Shown here piece after piece: positions 1 to 9,534 of a DNA stretch of 64,000 nucleotides (its first letter is position 1; each line of letters starts with the position of its first letter). The notes under the pieces were generated by a model. It ran no database searches. It was not told the origin of the DNA and saw only the letters and a program-made list of their open reading frames with translations. Source of the stretch: an uncultured Chloroflexia bacterium (GTDB lineage: Bacteria; Chloroflexota; Dehalococcoidia; UBA2979); assembly GCA_963728205.1 (NCBI GenBank), contig CAVSIV010000002.1:630976-694975 (forward strand), in the 5' to 3' direction. A program made the translations under genes and the position numbers.

Positions 1-568
1 CTACCTGACGGCGCAGGTCGCGGACCTCGAGGCCGCCGAGGTCGAGCTGCGCGACGCTATTCGCGAGCTCAAGAAGCTGATCCGCGAGCGCTTCACGGAG
101 ACGTTCGCGCTCGTGAACGAGCGCTTCTCCGAGTACTTCCGTCGCTTCTTCGGCGGCGGGCAGGCGGAGCTGCGGCTCACCGACGACGGCAACCCCGATG
201 AGCCGGAGGAGGACGCGGAGCCGGGCGTCGAGATCATGGCGCAGCCGCCGGGCAAGCGCGTCTCGAGCCTGAACGTGCTCTCCGGCGGCGAGCGGTCGAT
301 GACCTCGGTGGCGCTGCTGTTCTCGCTGCTCTCGGTGAACCCCGCGCCGATGGTCGTGCTCGACGAGGTGGACGCGGCGCTCGACGAGGCCAACGTCGGC
401 CGCTTCGTGGACACCCTGCGCGAGCTGCGCGACCGCACGCAGTTCATCGTGATCTCGCACAACCGGCGCACGATCGAGGCGGGCGACTCCATCTACGGCG
501 TGTCGATGGGCGAGGATTCGACGTCGCAGGTGCTCTCGCTGCGGCTGGCCGACCTGCCGGCGGCGTAG
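1..568 (+). CDS. smc: Chromosome segregation protein SMC, C-terminal ATPase half (5' partial)
   Basis: PPGKR..LSGGE signature, LDEVDAALDEAN Walker B/D-loop, QFIVISHN; the frame is open from the window start; directly upstream of ftsY. Confidence 0.95.
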   Translation, partial: YLTAQVADLEAAEVELRDAIRELKKLIRERFTETFALVNERFSEYFRRFFGGGQAELRLTDDGNPDEPEEDAEPGVEIMAQPPGKRVSSLNVLSGGERSMTSVALLFSLLSVNPAPMVVLDEVDAALDEANVGRFVDTLRELRDRTQFIVISHNRRTIEAGDSIYGVSMGEDSTSQVLSLRLADLPAA

Positions 569-688
569 ACGTCTCGGAGCGGCGGCGCGCGGCGTGGCTT
601 CCACTACGCGCGCTGCCGTACGATCGGTGCTCCCCACCTGCGACGAGCCCGTGCGCACGCGGGCAGTGCCGGTCGCCCGGCGACAGGA

Positions 689-1663
689 GTGTCCGTGAGG
701 CTGTTCGGACGCAGCAAGGAGAGCGACGCCGCCACCGACCAGGCGCTGGAGCGCACGCGCCGCTCCTTCTTCGGGCGGCTCGGCGAGATCTTCGCCGGCA
801 GCGACGTCGACGACGCGCTGTGGGAGTCGCTCGAGGAGGTGCTGATCGGCGCGGACGCCGGTGTGCGCACCACGACCGCGGTGCTCGACCGCGTCCGCGC
901 GCAGGACCCGCGCCGTGCCGAGGACGTGCGCACGCTGCTGCGCGCGGAGCTGATCGCGATCCTGCGCGCGCCGCAGGACGGCTCGCGCGGCCGGCTCTGG
1001 GGCCTGCCGGAAGGGACGCCGCCGCCGCCGGCCCCGCGCGTCGTGCTCGTCGTCGGCGTGAACGGCAGCGGCAAGACGACGGGCATCGCGCGGCTCGCGT
1101 ACGCCTACCAGCAGGAGGGCCAGCGCGTGATCTGCGCGGCCGGCGACACCTTCCGTGCGGCCGCCATCGAGCAGCTGCAGGAGTGGGGACGCCGGCTCGA
1201 CATCCCCGTGATCGCGTCGCGCCAGGGCGGCGACCCGGCCGCGGTCGCCTTCGACACGATCGAGGCGGCGCGCGCGCGGGGGGCCGATCTCGTGCTCGTC
1301 GACACCGCGGGGCGGCTGCAGAACAAGCAGAACCTGATGGACGAGCTGGCGAAGGTGCGGCGCGTGATCGAGCGCCACCTCGACCGCGGCCCCGACGAGG
1401 TGCTGCTCGTGCTCGACGCCACCACCGGTCAGAACGGCCTCTCGCAGGCGCGCGCGTTCACGGAGTCGGTCGAGGTGACGGGCGTCATGCTCACGAAGCT
1501 CGACGGCACGGCGAAGGGCGGCATCGTGTTCGCGATCGCGAGCGAGTTCGGGCTGCCGGTGCGGTTCGTCGGCACGGGCCAGGGCGCGGGCGACCTGGCG
1601 CCGTTCGACGCCGAGGCGTTCGTCGACGGGCTGCTGGGCGAGCCGGCCGGCGCCGAGGCGTAG
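689..1663 (+). CDS. ftsY: Signal recognition particle receptor FtsY
   Basis: GVNGSGKTT, DTFRAAA, DTAGRLQ, DATTGQN, TKLDGTAKGG motifs. Confidence 0.97.
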   Translation: MSVRLFGRSKESDAATDQALERTRRSFFGRLGEIFAGSDVDDALWESLEEVLIGADAGVRTTTAVLDRVRAQDPRRAEDVRTLLRAELIAILRAPQDGSRGRLWGLPEGTPPPPAPRVVLVVGVNGSGKTTGIARLAYAYQQEGQRVICAAGDTFRAAAIEQLQEWGRRLDIPVIASRQGGDPAAVAFDTIEAARARGADLVLVDTAGRLQNKQNLMDELAKVRRVIERHLDRGPDEVLLVLDATTGQNGLSQARAFTESVEVTGVMLTKLDGTAKGGIVFAIASEFGLPVRFVGTGQGAGDLAPFDAEAFVDGLLGEPAGAEA

Positions 1664-1669
1664 CGGCCG

Positions 1670-4055
1670 GTGGCGGAGTCGCTCCGCTGGTACCTCGCGC
1701 TCGTGCTGATCGGCGGCGGCGGGCTGCTGCCGTCGGCGCTGCTGTTCTCGGGGCTGCGATCGGCGGGCGTGCTCTACGCACGCCCGCTCGCGCTGTTCGG
1801 GCTCGCGTACGCCGCCTGGATCGTGTCGCATTTCGGCGTCGTGCCGTATGGCGCGCCGCTGATCGTCGCACTCACCGCGGCGCTGTGGGCGTGGAGCACG
1901 GGGCTCGCGTGGCGGCGGCCGGCGCTGGTGGACGCCGTGCGGGCGCAATGGCGGCTGCTGCTCGTCGGCGAGGTGCTGTTCGTCGCGCTGTTCGCGGTGA
2001 TCGCGTTCGCGCGCACCCAGGCGCCGGCGGCGATCAACACCGAGAAGCCGATGGACCTGATGATCCTGACGGCGATCCACGAGGCGCACCGCCTGCCGCC
2101 GCCGGACCCGTGGCTCTCCGGCCACCGGCTGTCCTACTACCACCTCGGACACACGGCCGTGGACGTGGTGGGCCAGCTCTCGGGCAACGGACCGGGGGTC
2201 GCGTTCAACCTCGGCCTCGCGATGGCGGGGGCGCTCGCCGGCGTCGTCGCGTTCGGGCTGGCCGGCGACGTCGTCGCGCTGTCGGCGGTGCGACGGCGGG
2301 CTGCGCCGTGGGTCGCGGGCGGCGCGGCGACCGTGGGCCTGCTGTGGCTCGCGCCGCTCGAGGGGGCCGCCGACATTGCGGCCGCCAACGGGGTCGGCGC
2401 GACGTCGCTGTGGACGCGCCTGGGGGTCGAGGGGCTGCCGGGGTCGGTCGCGACGTCGCACGGCATCCCCACGCAGTTCTGGTGGTGGTGGCGCGCGACG
2501 CGCGTGCTGCCGCAGGCGACGGGCGCGCAGATCAGCGAGTTCCCGGCGTTCTCGCTGCTGCTCGGCGACCTGCACGCGCACGTGCTCGCGCTGCCGCTCG
2601 GGCTCGTCGCGCTCGCGCTCGCGCTGACGGCGCTGCAGGGCGCGACGCCGCTGACGTGGCGACGGTGGCTGGCGCGGCCGGCGACGCTGGCGTTGGCGTC
2701 GGCGCTGTTCGCGGCGCTGTTCATGGCGAACAGCTGGGACGTGCTGACGTTCGGCGCGCTGTGGCTGTTCGCCGCGGTGATCGCGTTCCGGCGCGTCGGG
2801 TGGTCGCTGCCGGCGGCGCTCGTCGGCGGGGTGCGGTACCTGGCGCTGCCGGCGGGCATCGCGCTGCTGCTGGCGGCGCCGTTCCTCGCGGGGCTGCAGC
2901 GGCCGCCGCTGGGCATCGCGCCGGTCTGGGGCGAGCACTCCGATCCCGGGCGCTTCCTGCTGATCTGGCTGACGCCGCTGCTGCCGCTCGCGGCCGCGCT
3001 CGTGCTGCTGGCGCGCGGGTGGCGCGCGCCGGGCGCGAGCGTTCGCGCGCGGCGTCGCCGGCGCGGCGGTGCTGGTCGCCGCGTGGGCCGTGGTGCTGAT
3101 CGCGATCGGACACGGCGGCGAGCTGGCGGACCGCGGCAGCGGATGGATCACGATCGCCGCGCTGGGGCTCGCGGTGCCGGCGCTGGGCGCCGCGATGCTG
3201 GCCGCCGACGACGCCGGCGACCGTGCCCGTGCCGCGTGGCTGGGGCTCGCGGCCGCGGCGCTCGGCCTCATCTTCGCGACCGAGCTGTTCCGCATCGCCG
3301 ACGCCTTCGCCGGCCGCACGAACACGGTCTTCAAGTTCTGGTTCCACGCCTGGGCACTGCTCGCCGTCGCCGGCGGCGCGGGGCTGGGGCTCGCGCTCGA
3401 CCGCGTCGCGTGGCGCGTCTCGGCGGCCGCCTGGCGCACCGCCGCGATCTGCGTGGGCGCCGTCGCCGCCGCGCTCACCGTCGTCTCGCTCGCGTACGCG
3501 CCGGCGATGGCGGTGAGCCGCTCGCGCGAGGGGCAGGCGCGCGGGCTGAACGCGCTCGCCGACATCGCCGCGCGCGATCCCGGCCTAGCCGCGACGGCGC
3601 TGTGGGCGCGCGGGAACCTCGACCCCGCGCACGACGTCCTGCTCCAGGCGTTCGGCGACAGCTATACGACGGCCGGCGGCCTGGCCGCGGCGAGCGGCGT
3701 GCCGACGCTGCTCGACTGGGTGAACCATGAGCGGCAGTGGCGCGGGCCGCTACCGACGTTCCTCGAGCGCGAGCAGGCGATCGCGGCGATCTACCAGGGC
3801 GGAGCCACGCCGGCGACGGCGACACTGGCCCGGAGGTGGGGCGTGGACTACATCTACCTCGGACGCGAGGAGCAGGAGCACTACGGACTCGACGTCGCGA
3901 CGCGCTTCGACGCGTGGCCGGTCGCCTTCCGGTCCGGCGACGCGCGCGTGGTCGCCGTGCCGGGCGCGGGGAGCGGGGCGGTCGGCGCCACGGGCGTGAC
4001 GGCGACGACGGCGATGACGGAGATGACGGAGATGACGGCGGGGGCGACGCGATGA
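1670..4055 (+). CDS. DUF2298 / Chlor_Arch_YYY-type polytopic membrane protein (GT-C-like); frameshift at ~3030-3065
   Basis: TEKPMD, PPPDPWLSG..LSYYHLG, ISEFPAFSLLLGDLHAH, NSWD in ORF 1670; NTVFKF, W..HERQWR, YIYLG..E in ORF 3069-4055. Confidence 0.8.
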
Positions 4056-4199
4056 CGCTGCAGGAGGTCCAGACGCCGCCCCCCGGTGCACCGCTCGATG
4101 CGCGCGCGAACCGCGAGTCACGGGGCAAAGGGTGGCACCCGAGAGCGGGCGGGCGCGCTCAATCGGGCTCTGCAGGAACACCGAGAGGGCGATCGGACA

Positions 4200-6248
4200 G
4201 TGACGTCGCAACAGCCCTCCGAAGAAACACACGTGAACGTGACAGTCAACGTAGCAGTGGAGGTTGCTCCGGCGGCGACGGGGGCCGCGCAGACGCGCCG
4301 TACCCGCTTCGAGTGGCCGTCGCTGACCACGATGATCGTGATCGCGCTCGTCGTCGACGGGCTCGTGCTGCGCCTCGTCGACCTCGGCGTGCGCGCGATG
4401 CACCACGACGAGTCGCTGCACGCGACGTACGCCTGGTACTTCGCGGAGGGTCGCGGCTACGTACACGACCCGTTGATGCACGGCCCGCTGCAGTTCCACC
4501 TGATCGCGGCGCTGTTCAAGCTGTTCGGCTCGAGCGAGTTCACGGCGCGGCTGCCGGCCGCGCTGCTCGGCACGGCGCTGATCGCCGCGCCGCTGCTGTT
4601 GCGCCGCTGGCTCGGCGGCGTCGGCACCGTGGCGGCGGCGCTGTTCATCGCGCTGTCACCGACGCTGCTCTACTACTCGCGGTTCGCGCGCAACGACATG
4701 TTCATCGCGCTCTTCACGCTCCTCCTCGTGGTCGCCATCTGGCGGTACCGCGCCGACGGCCGCTTCCGCTGGCTGCTGCTACTGGCCGGCGCCGACGCGC
4801 TGATGTTCGCGACGAAGGAGACCACCTACCTGACGGAGGCCGTCTTCCTGCTCTACCTCGAGGTCGTGCTGTGCGGGGCGTTCCTCGCGCAGTACCGCGC
4901 GGACCTGCCGGACGCGACGCGCAGCCAGCGCTGGGGCGCCGCGGTGGCGCTGCTGCCGACGGCGTGGCTGATCGCGGCGCTGTGGCCGCTGATCCCGCGC
5001 GAGCGCCGGCGCTTCGGGCTGCACACGCTGCCGCGCGAGGGCGAGCTGCTGATCGTGCTCGGCGCGCTGTCGGCGACGCAGCTGAGCGCGCTCGTGCAGG
5101 TGCCGCTCAAGCATTTCGGCTACGTGCCGACGGGCGACACGCTGGTGCTGATCGGCAGCCTCACGGCGCTGGGCCTCGTGGGCGGCGGCGCGGTGATCGG
5201 GCTGCTGTGGGATCCCCGGCGGTTCGTGCTCTGCTTCGGGCTGTTCATGGCGATCACGATCCCGCTGTACACGACGCTCTTCACGAACCCCCAGGGCATC
5301 GTGACGGGCTTCTGGGGCGGGCTCGACTACTGGCTGCAGCAGCAGGACGTGCGCCGCGGCGAGCAGCCCGGCTTCTACTACCTGATGCTGCTGCCGATCT
5401 ACGAGCTGTGGATCCTCGTGCCCGGGCTGATCGGCGGGGCCTGGCTCGTGCTCAAGCGCGACCGCTTCGCGATGCTGCTCGCCTGGTGGTTCGTGGGGAT
5501 CTTCGTCGCGCTGTCGTTCGCCGGCGAGAAGATGCCGTGGCTCACCGTGCATCTCGCGCTGCCGATGGCGCTGCTCGCGGCGTACTCGCTTGGACGTGCG
5601 CTGCCGTGGCTGCGCGACCGGCTCAGCGCGCCGCGCGTGTCGGCCGCAGCGTGGGGCGGCGCGGCGGCGACGACCGTGCTCGGCGTGGCGCTGCTGGCGC
5701 TGACCGTGCGCACGACGACGGCGCTCTCGTTCGGGCACCCGGACACGCCGATCGGCCCGATGATCTACACCCAGACCGCACCGGACGTGCCGGTCCTGAG
5801 CAAGCGGATCGTCTCCGCGCTGCACGACCCGAACGGGCCGAAGTCGGTGGTGGTCGATACGACGGCATCCCTGACGTGGCCGTGGGCGTGGTATTTGCGC
5901 GACCAGACCGTCAGCTATTCGCCGCCGTCGCTGATCCAGCAGGGCGACGTGCCGCCGAACGCCATCCTGATCGTCGCGGACGGGACGCTCCCGCTCTCCA
6001 GCCCGCTGCGCCAGCAGTACGCGGCGCCGATCGAGTACCACCACCGCTGGTGGTTCCCCGAGGAGGGCTACCGGGCCGCGAACTTCCACAACGTCGCGCA
6101 GGGCCTACTCGACGGGTCGCTCGAGGGGAAGTGGTGGCACTTCATGCTGCACCGCATCGACGCCTCGCAGGTCGGATCGCTGAACGGGCAGGTGCTCTTC
6201 CCGCGGCCGGGCGCCGCCGGGTCGGGCGGGACCAACCCCGGGTCATAG
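4200..6248 (+). CDS. TIGR03663/Agl23-like PMT-family (GT-C) membrane glycosyltransferase-like protein
   Basis: HHDESLH, YVHDPLMHGP, YYSRFARND, KE, YWL.QQDV.RG.QP, GEKMPWL, WPWAWYLR motifs; multiple TM segments. Confidence 0.8.
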   Translation: MTSQQPSEETHVNVTVNVAVEVAPAATGAAQTRRTRFEWPSLTTMIVIALVVDGLVLRLVDLGVRAMHHDESLHATYAWYFAEGRGYVHDPLMHGPLQFHLIAALFKLFGSSEFTARLPAALLGTALIAAPLLLRRWLGGVGTVAAALFIALSPTLLYYSRFARNDMFIALFTLLLVVAIWRYRADGRFRWLLLLAGADALMFATKETTYLTEAVFLLYLEVVLCGAFLAQYRADLPDATRSQRWGAAVALLPTAWLIAALWPLIPRERRRFGLHTLPREGELLIVLGALSATQLSALVQVPLKHFGYVPTGDTLVLIGSLTALGLVGGGAVIGLLWDPRRFVLCFGLFMAITIPLYTTLFTNPQGIVTGFWGGLDYWLQQQDVRRGEQPGFYYLMLLPIYELWILVPGLIGGAWLVLKRDRFAMLLAWWFVGIFVALSFAGEKMPWLTVHLALPMALLAAYSLGRALPWLRDRLSAPRVSAAAWGGAAATTVLGVALLALTVRTTTALSFGHPDTPIGPMIYTQTAPDVPVLSKRIVSALHDPNGPKSVVVDTTASLTWPWAWYLRDQTVSYSPPSLIQQGDVPPNAILIVADGTLPLSSPLRQQYAAPIEYHHRWWFPEEGYRAANFHNVAQGLLDGSLEGKWWHFMLHRIDASQVGSLNGQVLFPRPGAAGSGGTNPGS

Positions 6249-6344
6249 CGCGGCTCGCCGGATCGCTGGCGGGTGTGGACCGCATGCCCGAGACTGGGTG
6301 AGCGCGTCCGCGCACCCCACGCACGTCGAGGAGGCACCCTGCAC

Positions 6345-7415
6345 ATGGCCCGCGCCCGCTCGCTCGTGCGAGTCGCGCTCGGACTCGGCGTCAGCGCACT
6401 CTTTCTCTTCCTCCTGCTGCGCCGGGTCGACCCCGGCGAGTTTGGCGACGCCATCCGCAGCATCCAGGCCGGCTGGCTGCTGCTCGCCGCGCCGATCTAC
6501 CTGGCGGCGATGGTCACGCGCGCCCATCGCTGGCGGCTCGTCCTGCGCCCGGCGATCGAGGTGTCGCTGCGCGACGCGACGTCGATCGTGGTGATCGGCT
6601 ACTCCGCGAACAACCTGCTGCCGGCGCGTGTCGGCGAGGTGATGCGCGCGGTGTTGCTGCAGCGCCGCACGGGCGCGTCGCGGCTCACGGTGCTCGGGAC
6701 GATCGTGGTCGAGCGCGTGTTCGACGGGCTCGTGCTCACGCTCTTCCTCGTCCCGCCGCTCGCGCTGCGCGGCAGCACCGGCACGCTGCGCGCGCTCGCG
6801 TTCGTCGCGACGGGCATCTTCGTGACGGCCGCGGTGGTGCTCGCGCTGCTCGCCGCGCGGCCGGAGCCGATGCACCGCTTCATCCACCGCGTGCTCGGAC
6901 TGGCACCGGGCCGGCTGCGGCCGGCGTTGCGCGCGTGGACGGCGAGCTTCCTCTCCGGGCTCTCGCTGCTGCGCGGGCCGCGCGCGTGGGCCGGCGTCGC
7001 GCTGATGACGACGATCTCGTGGACGTGTGAGGCCGGCACGTACTGGATGGTGGGGCACGCGTTCGGGCTGGGGCTCGACCCGTGGCTCTACTTCGGCGTG
7101 TGCGGCGCGGCGAACCTCGCGATCAGCGCGCCTGCCGCCGGCGGGGTCGGCCCCTACGAGTTCTTCGCGAGCGCGGTCGTGGTCGCGTTCGGCGTGGGCA
7201 TCAGCGTCGCGTCGGCGTACGCGCTGGCGCTGCATGCGTTGCTGCTCATCCCGACGACCGTGGCCGGCCTGGCGCTGCTGTGGCGCGAGCAGATCGGCAT
7301 CGGCGCGCTGCGCCGCCAGGCCGCCGACGCATCCGCCCAGGCGCGCGCCGCGGAGAGCGGCGACAACGAGGCGCCCGACGCGCCGCTGGCGAGGGCAGAG
7401 GAGCCGACAACGTGA
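6345..7415 (+). CDS. Lysylphosphatidylglycerol synthase TM-domain / flippase-like protein (UPF0104)
   Basis: RW, N.LLPARVGEVMR, ERVFD and PAAGGVGPYE motifs; GAGGAGG RBS upstream. Confidence 0.85.
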   Translation: MARARSLVRVALGLGVSALFLFLLLRRVDPGEFGDAIRSIQAGWLLLAAPIYLAAMVTRAHRWRLVLRPAIEVSLRDATSIVVIGYSANNLLPARVGEVMRAVLLQRRTGASRLTVLGTIVVERVFDGLVLTLFLVPPLALRGSTGTLRALAFVATGIFVTAAVVLALLAARPEPMHRFIHRVLGLAPGRLRPALRAWTASFLSGLSLLRGPRAWAGVALMTTISWTCEAGTYWMVGHAFGLGLDPWLYFGVCGAANLAISAPAAGGVGPYEFFASAVVVAFGVGISVASAYALALHALLLIPTTVAGLALLWREQIGIGALRRQAADASAQARAAESGDNEAPDAPLARAEEPTT

Positions 7416-7494
7416 CGCCGTCGGTCACCGCGAGCGCGCCGAATGAAGGCGTCCGGGAGGGAACGAGCATGACGACGCCCGCAAGGGGACAGGC

Positions 7495-8850
7495 ATGAAG
7501 GTGATCGTCGTCGGCGGTGGCGTCGCGGGGCTCGCGGCCGCGTACGAGCTCGTGCGCGGCGGGCACGAGGTGTCGGTGTTCGAGGCGGGCCCGGTGTGGG
7601 GCGGCCAGGTGCGGACGTTCGACATCGGCGGCGGGCGCATCGAGTGCTTCTACCACCACCTCTTCCGCTCGGACACCGAGATCATCCGCCTGATCGACGA
7701 GCTCGGCCTCGGGCCGGACCTGATGTGGATCGACTCGAACGTCGGCATCAACGCCGACGGCCGCAACTACCCGTTCGTCGGTCCCGTCGATCTGCTGCGC
7801 TTCGATCGGGTCTCGCTGCTCACGCGCCTGCGGCTCGGGCTGACCGCCGTGTGGCTGCGGCGCGTGGCCGACTACCAGCGCTACGAGGGCCAGCGGGCCT
7901 CGGAGTGGATCACGAGCCGCGTCGGCCGCGAGGGCTACGAGCGCGTGTGGGGGCCGCTGCTGCGCGCGAAGTTCGGGCAGTACGCGGACGACGTCTCGAT
8001 GGTGTGGTTCTGGGGCAAGATCTACCTGCGCTTCGCGTCGCGCGAGGGCGGACTGTTCGCGAAGGAGCAGCTCGGCTACCTGCGCGGCTCGTTCGGGCGA
8101 CTCGTCGACGCGCTCGTCGAGACGCTGCAGGGGGCGGGCGCCGAGCTGCGCAGCGGCGCGCCCGTGGAGCGCATCGACGTCGACGGCGGCCGCGTCGCCG
8201 GCGTGACGCTCGCGGGCGGGCAGCGCGTGCCGGCGGACGCCGTGATCGCGACGGTGCCGTCGCACCTCTTCGCGCGCATGCTGCCCGAGCTGCCGACGCT
8301 CGACCCGCGCTACGCGGAGCTGCTGGGCCAGGTGCAGTACCAGTGGGCGACGGTGCTCGTGCTGGCGCTCGACCGCCCGCTGTCCGACATCTACTGGCTC
8401 ACGATGACCGACGACGATTCCCCGTTTGTCGTCGCGGTCGAGCAGACGAACTTCGTCCCGCCGTCGACCTACGGCGGGCGGCACGTCGTGTACTTCTCGC
8501 GCTACGCGGATCCGGGAGACCCGATCGTGGAGCAGGACGAGGAGCAGGTGCTGGCGGAGTACGAGCCGTACATCCGTCGCATCAACCCGGCGTTCGACCG
8601 CTCCTGGGTGACCGGGCGGTGGCTCTTCAAGGACCGGGCCGGGCAGCCAATCGTGCACGCGCGCTACCACGAGACGATCCCACCGCACCGCGCGCCGGCG
8701 GAGGGGCTGTACCTGGCGAACACGACGCAGATCTACCCGGAGGACCGCGGCCAGAACTACTCGATTCGCATGGGGCGGCGGGTCGCGCGGCTGGCGCTGG
8801 CGGAGTACGAGCGCACGCAGTCGGGGCTGGACGCGGCGCCGGTCGACTGA
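7495..8850 (+). CDS. FAD-dependent oxidoreductase (amine oxidase/protoporphyrinogen oxidase-like)
   Basis: N-terminal GGGVAGLAAA..L Rossmann motif, ECFYHHLF, QIYPEDRGQN. Confidence 0.85.
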   Translation: MKVIVVGGGVAGLAAAYELVRGGHEVSVFEAGPVWGGQVRTFDIGGGRIECFYHHLFRSDTEIIRLIDELGLGPDLMWIDSNVGINADGRNYPFVGPVDLLRFDRVSLLTRLRLGLTAVWLRRVADYQRYEGQRASEWITSRVGREGYERVWGPLLRAKFGQYADDVSMVWFWGKIYLRFASREGGLFAKEQLGYLRGSFGRLVDALVETLQGAGAELRSGAPVERIDVDGGRVAGVTLAGGQRVPADAVIATVPSHLFARMLPELPTLDPRYAELLGQVQYQWATVLVLALDRPLSDIYWLTMTDDDSPFVVAVEQTNFVPPSTYGGRHVVYFSRYADPGDPIVEQDEEQVLAEYEPYIRRINPAFDRSWVTGRWLFKDRAGQPIVHARYHETIPPHRAPAEGLYLANTTQIYPEDRGQNYSIRMGRRVARLALAEYERTQSGLDAAPVD

Positions 8851-9012
8851 GCGGTGCGCGTGGCGGCCGCAGGCCGGCGGGGGCCGGCGCCGGCCGTGCT
8901 TCCGCGAACCTGCGGGCTTGCCTATAGTGAGGCGCGGCCGGCCGGGCCCGCGCGCGCGACCGCGCCGCGGCGGTCCCGGGCACGTCTACGGCCACGTCGA
9001 AAGAGAGCCGCC

Positions 9013-9534
9013 ATGCCGCTGGAGACCGAGGCGCAGGCCCAGATCCGGGCGTTGATCGGGGACCTGCAACCGAACCACGGCGACCTGCTGCAGGCCCTCC
9101 ACCGCGTTCAGCACGAGTTCGGCTACATCTCACGCGCGGCGATCGAGGTCGTCGCGCAGCAGCTCGGGCTGTTCGCTGCCGAGGTCTACGGCGCGGTCAC
9201 CTTCTACTCCGAGTTCCGCCTGCAGGCGCCGCCGGCCGTCGAGGTGCGCTGGTGCAGCGGGCCGGCCTGCCACCTGCGCAACGGGCGCGGCATCCGCGAC
9301 GCGATGCTGGCAACGCTCGGGCTGCAGGAGCTCGGCGAGCAAACACCGGACGGGCGCGTCGGCATGTGGCTCGGGCAGTGCAACGGCACCTGCGAGCTGG
9401 CGCCGCAGGTCTGGGTCGACGAGCCGGCGCACCAGAGCAGCCGGGTGGTCGGGCACCTCACCGCCGCGAAGGCGGTGCGCATGGCACGGGCGTTGCGCGA
9501 CGGCGCGAATGCGGACGAGGTGGGACGTGACTGA
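9013..9534 (+). CDS. NuoE/HydC-like [2Fe-2S] subunit
   Basis: LQALH.VQ..FGYI, YGAVTFYSEF, C-x4-C (CSGPAC) and C-x3-C (CNGTC..AP). Confidence 0.9.
   Translation: MPLETEAQAQIRALIGDLQPNHGDLLQALHRVQHEFGYISRAAIEVVAQQLGLFAAEVYGAVTFYSEFRLQAPPAVEVRWCSGPACHLRNGRGIRDAMLATLGLQELGEQTPDGRVGMWLGQCNGTCELAPQVWVDEPAHQSSRVVGHLTAAKAVRMARALRDGANADEVGRD

Noticed and set aside
3995-4042. Short GATGACGG(A/C) tandem repeats
   Set aside because: Three to four imperfect 9-nt units in a low-complexity protein tail; no spacers, not CRISPR or an evident phase-variation tract.
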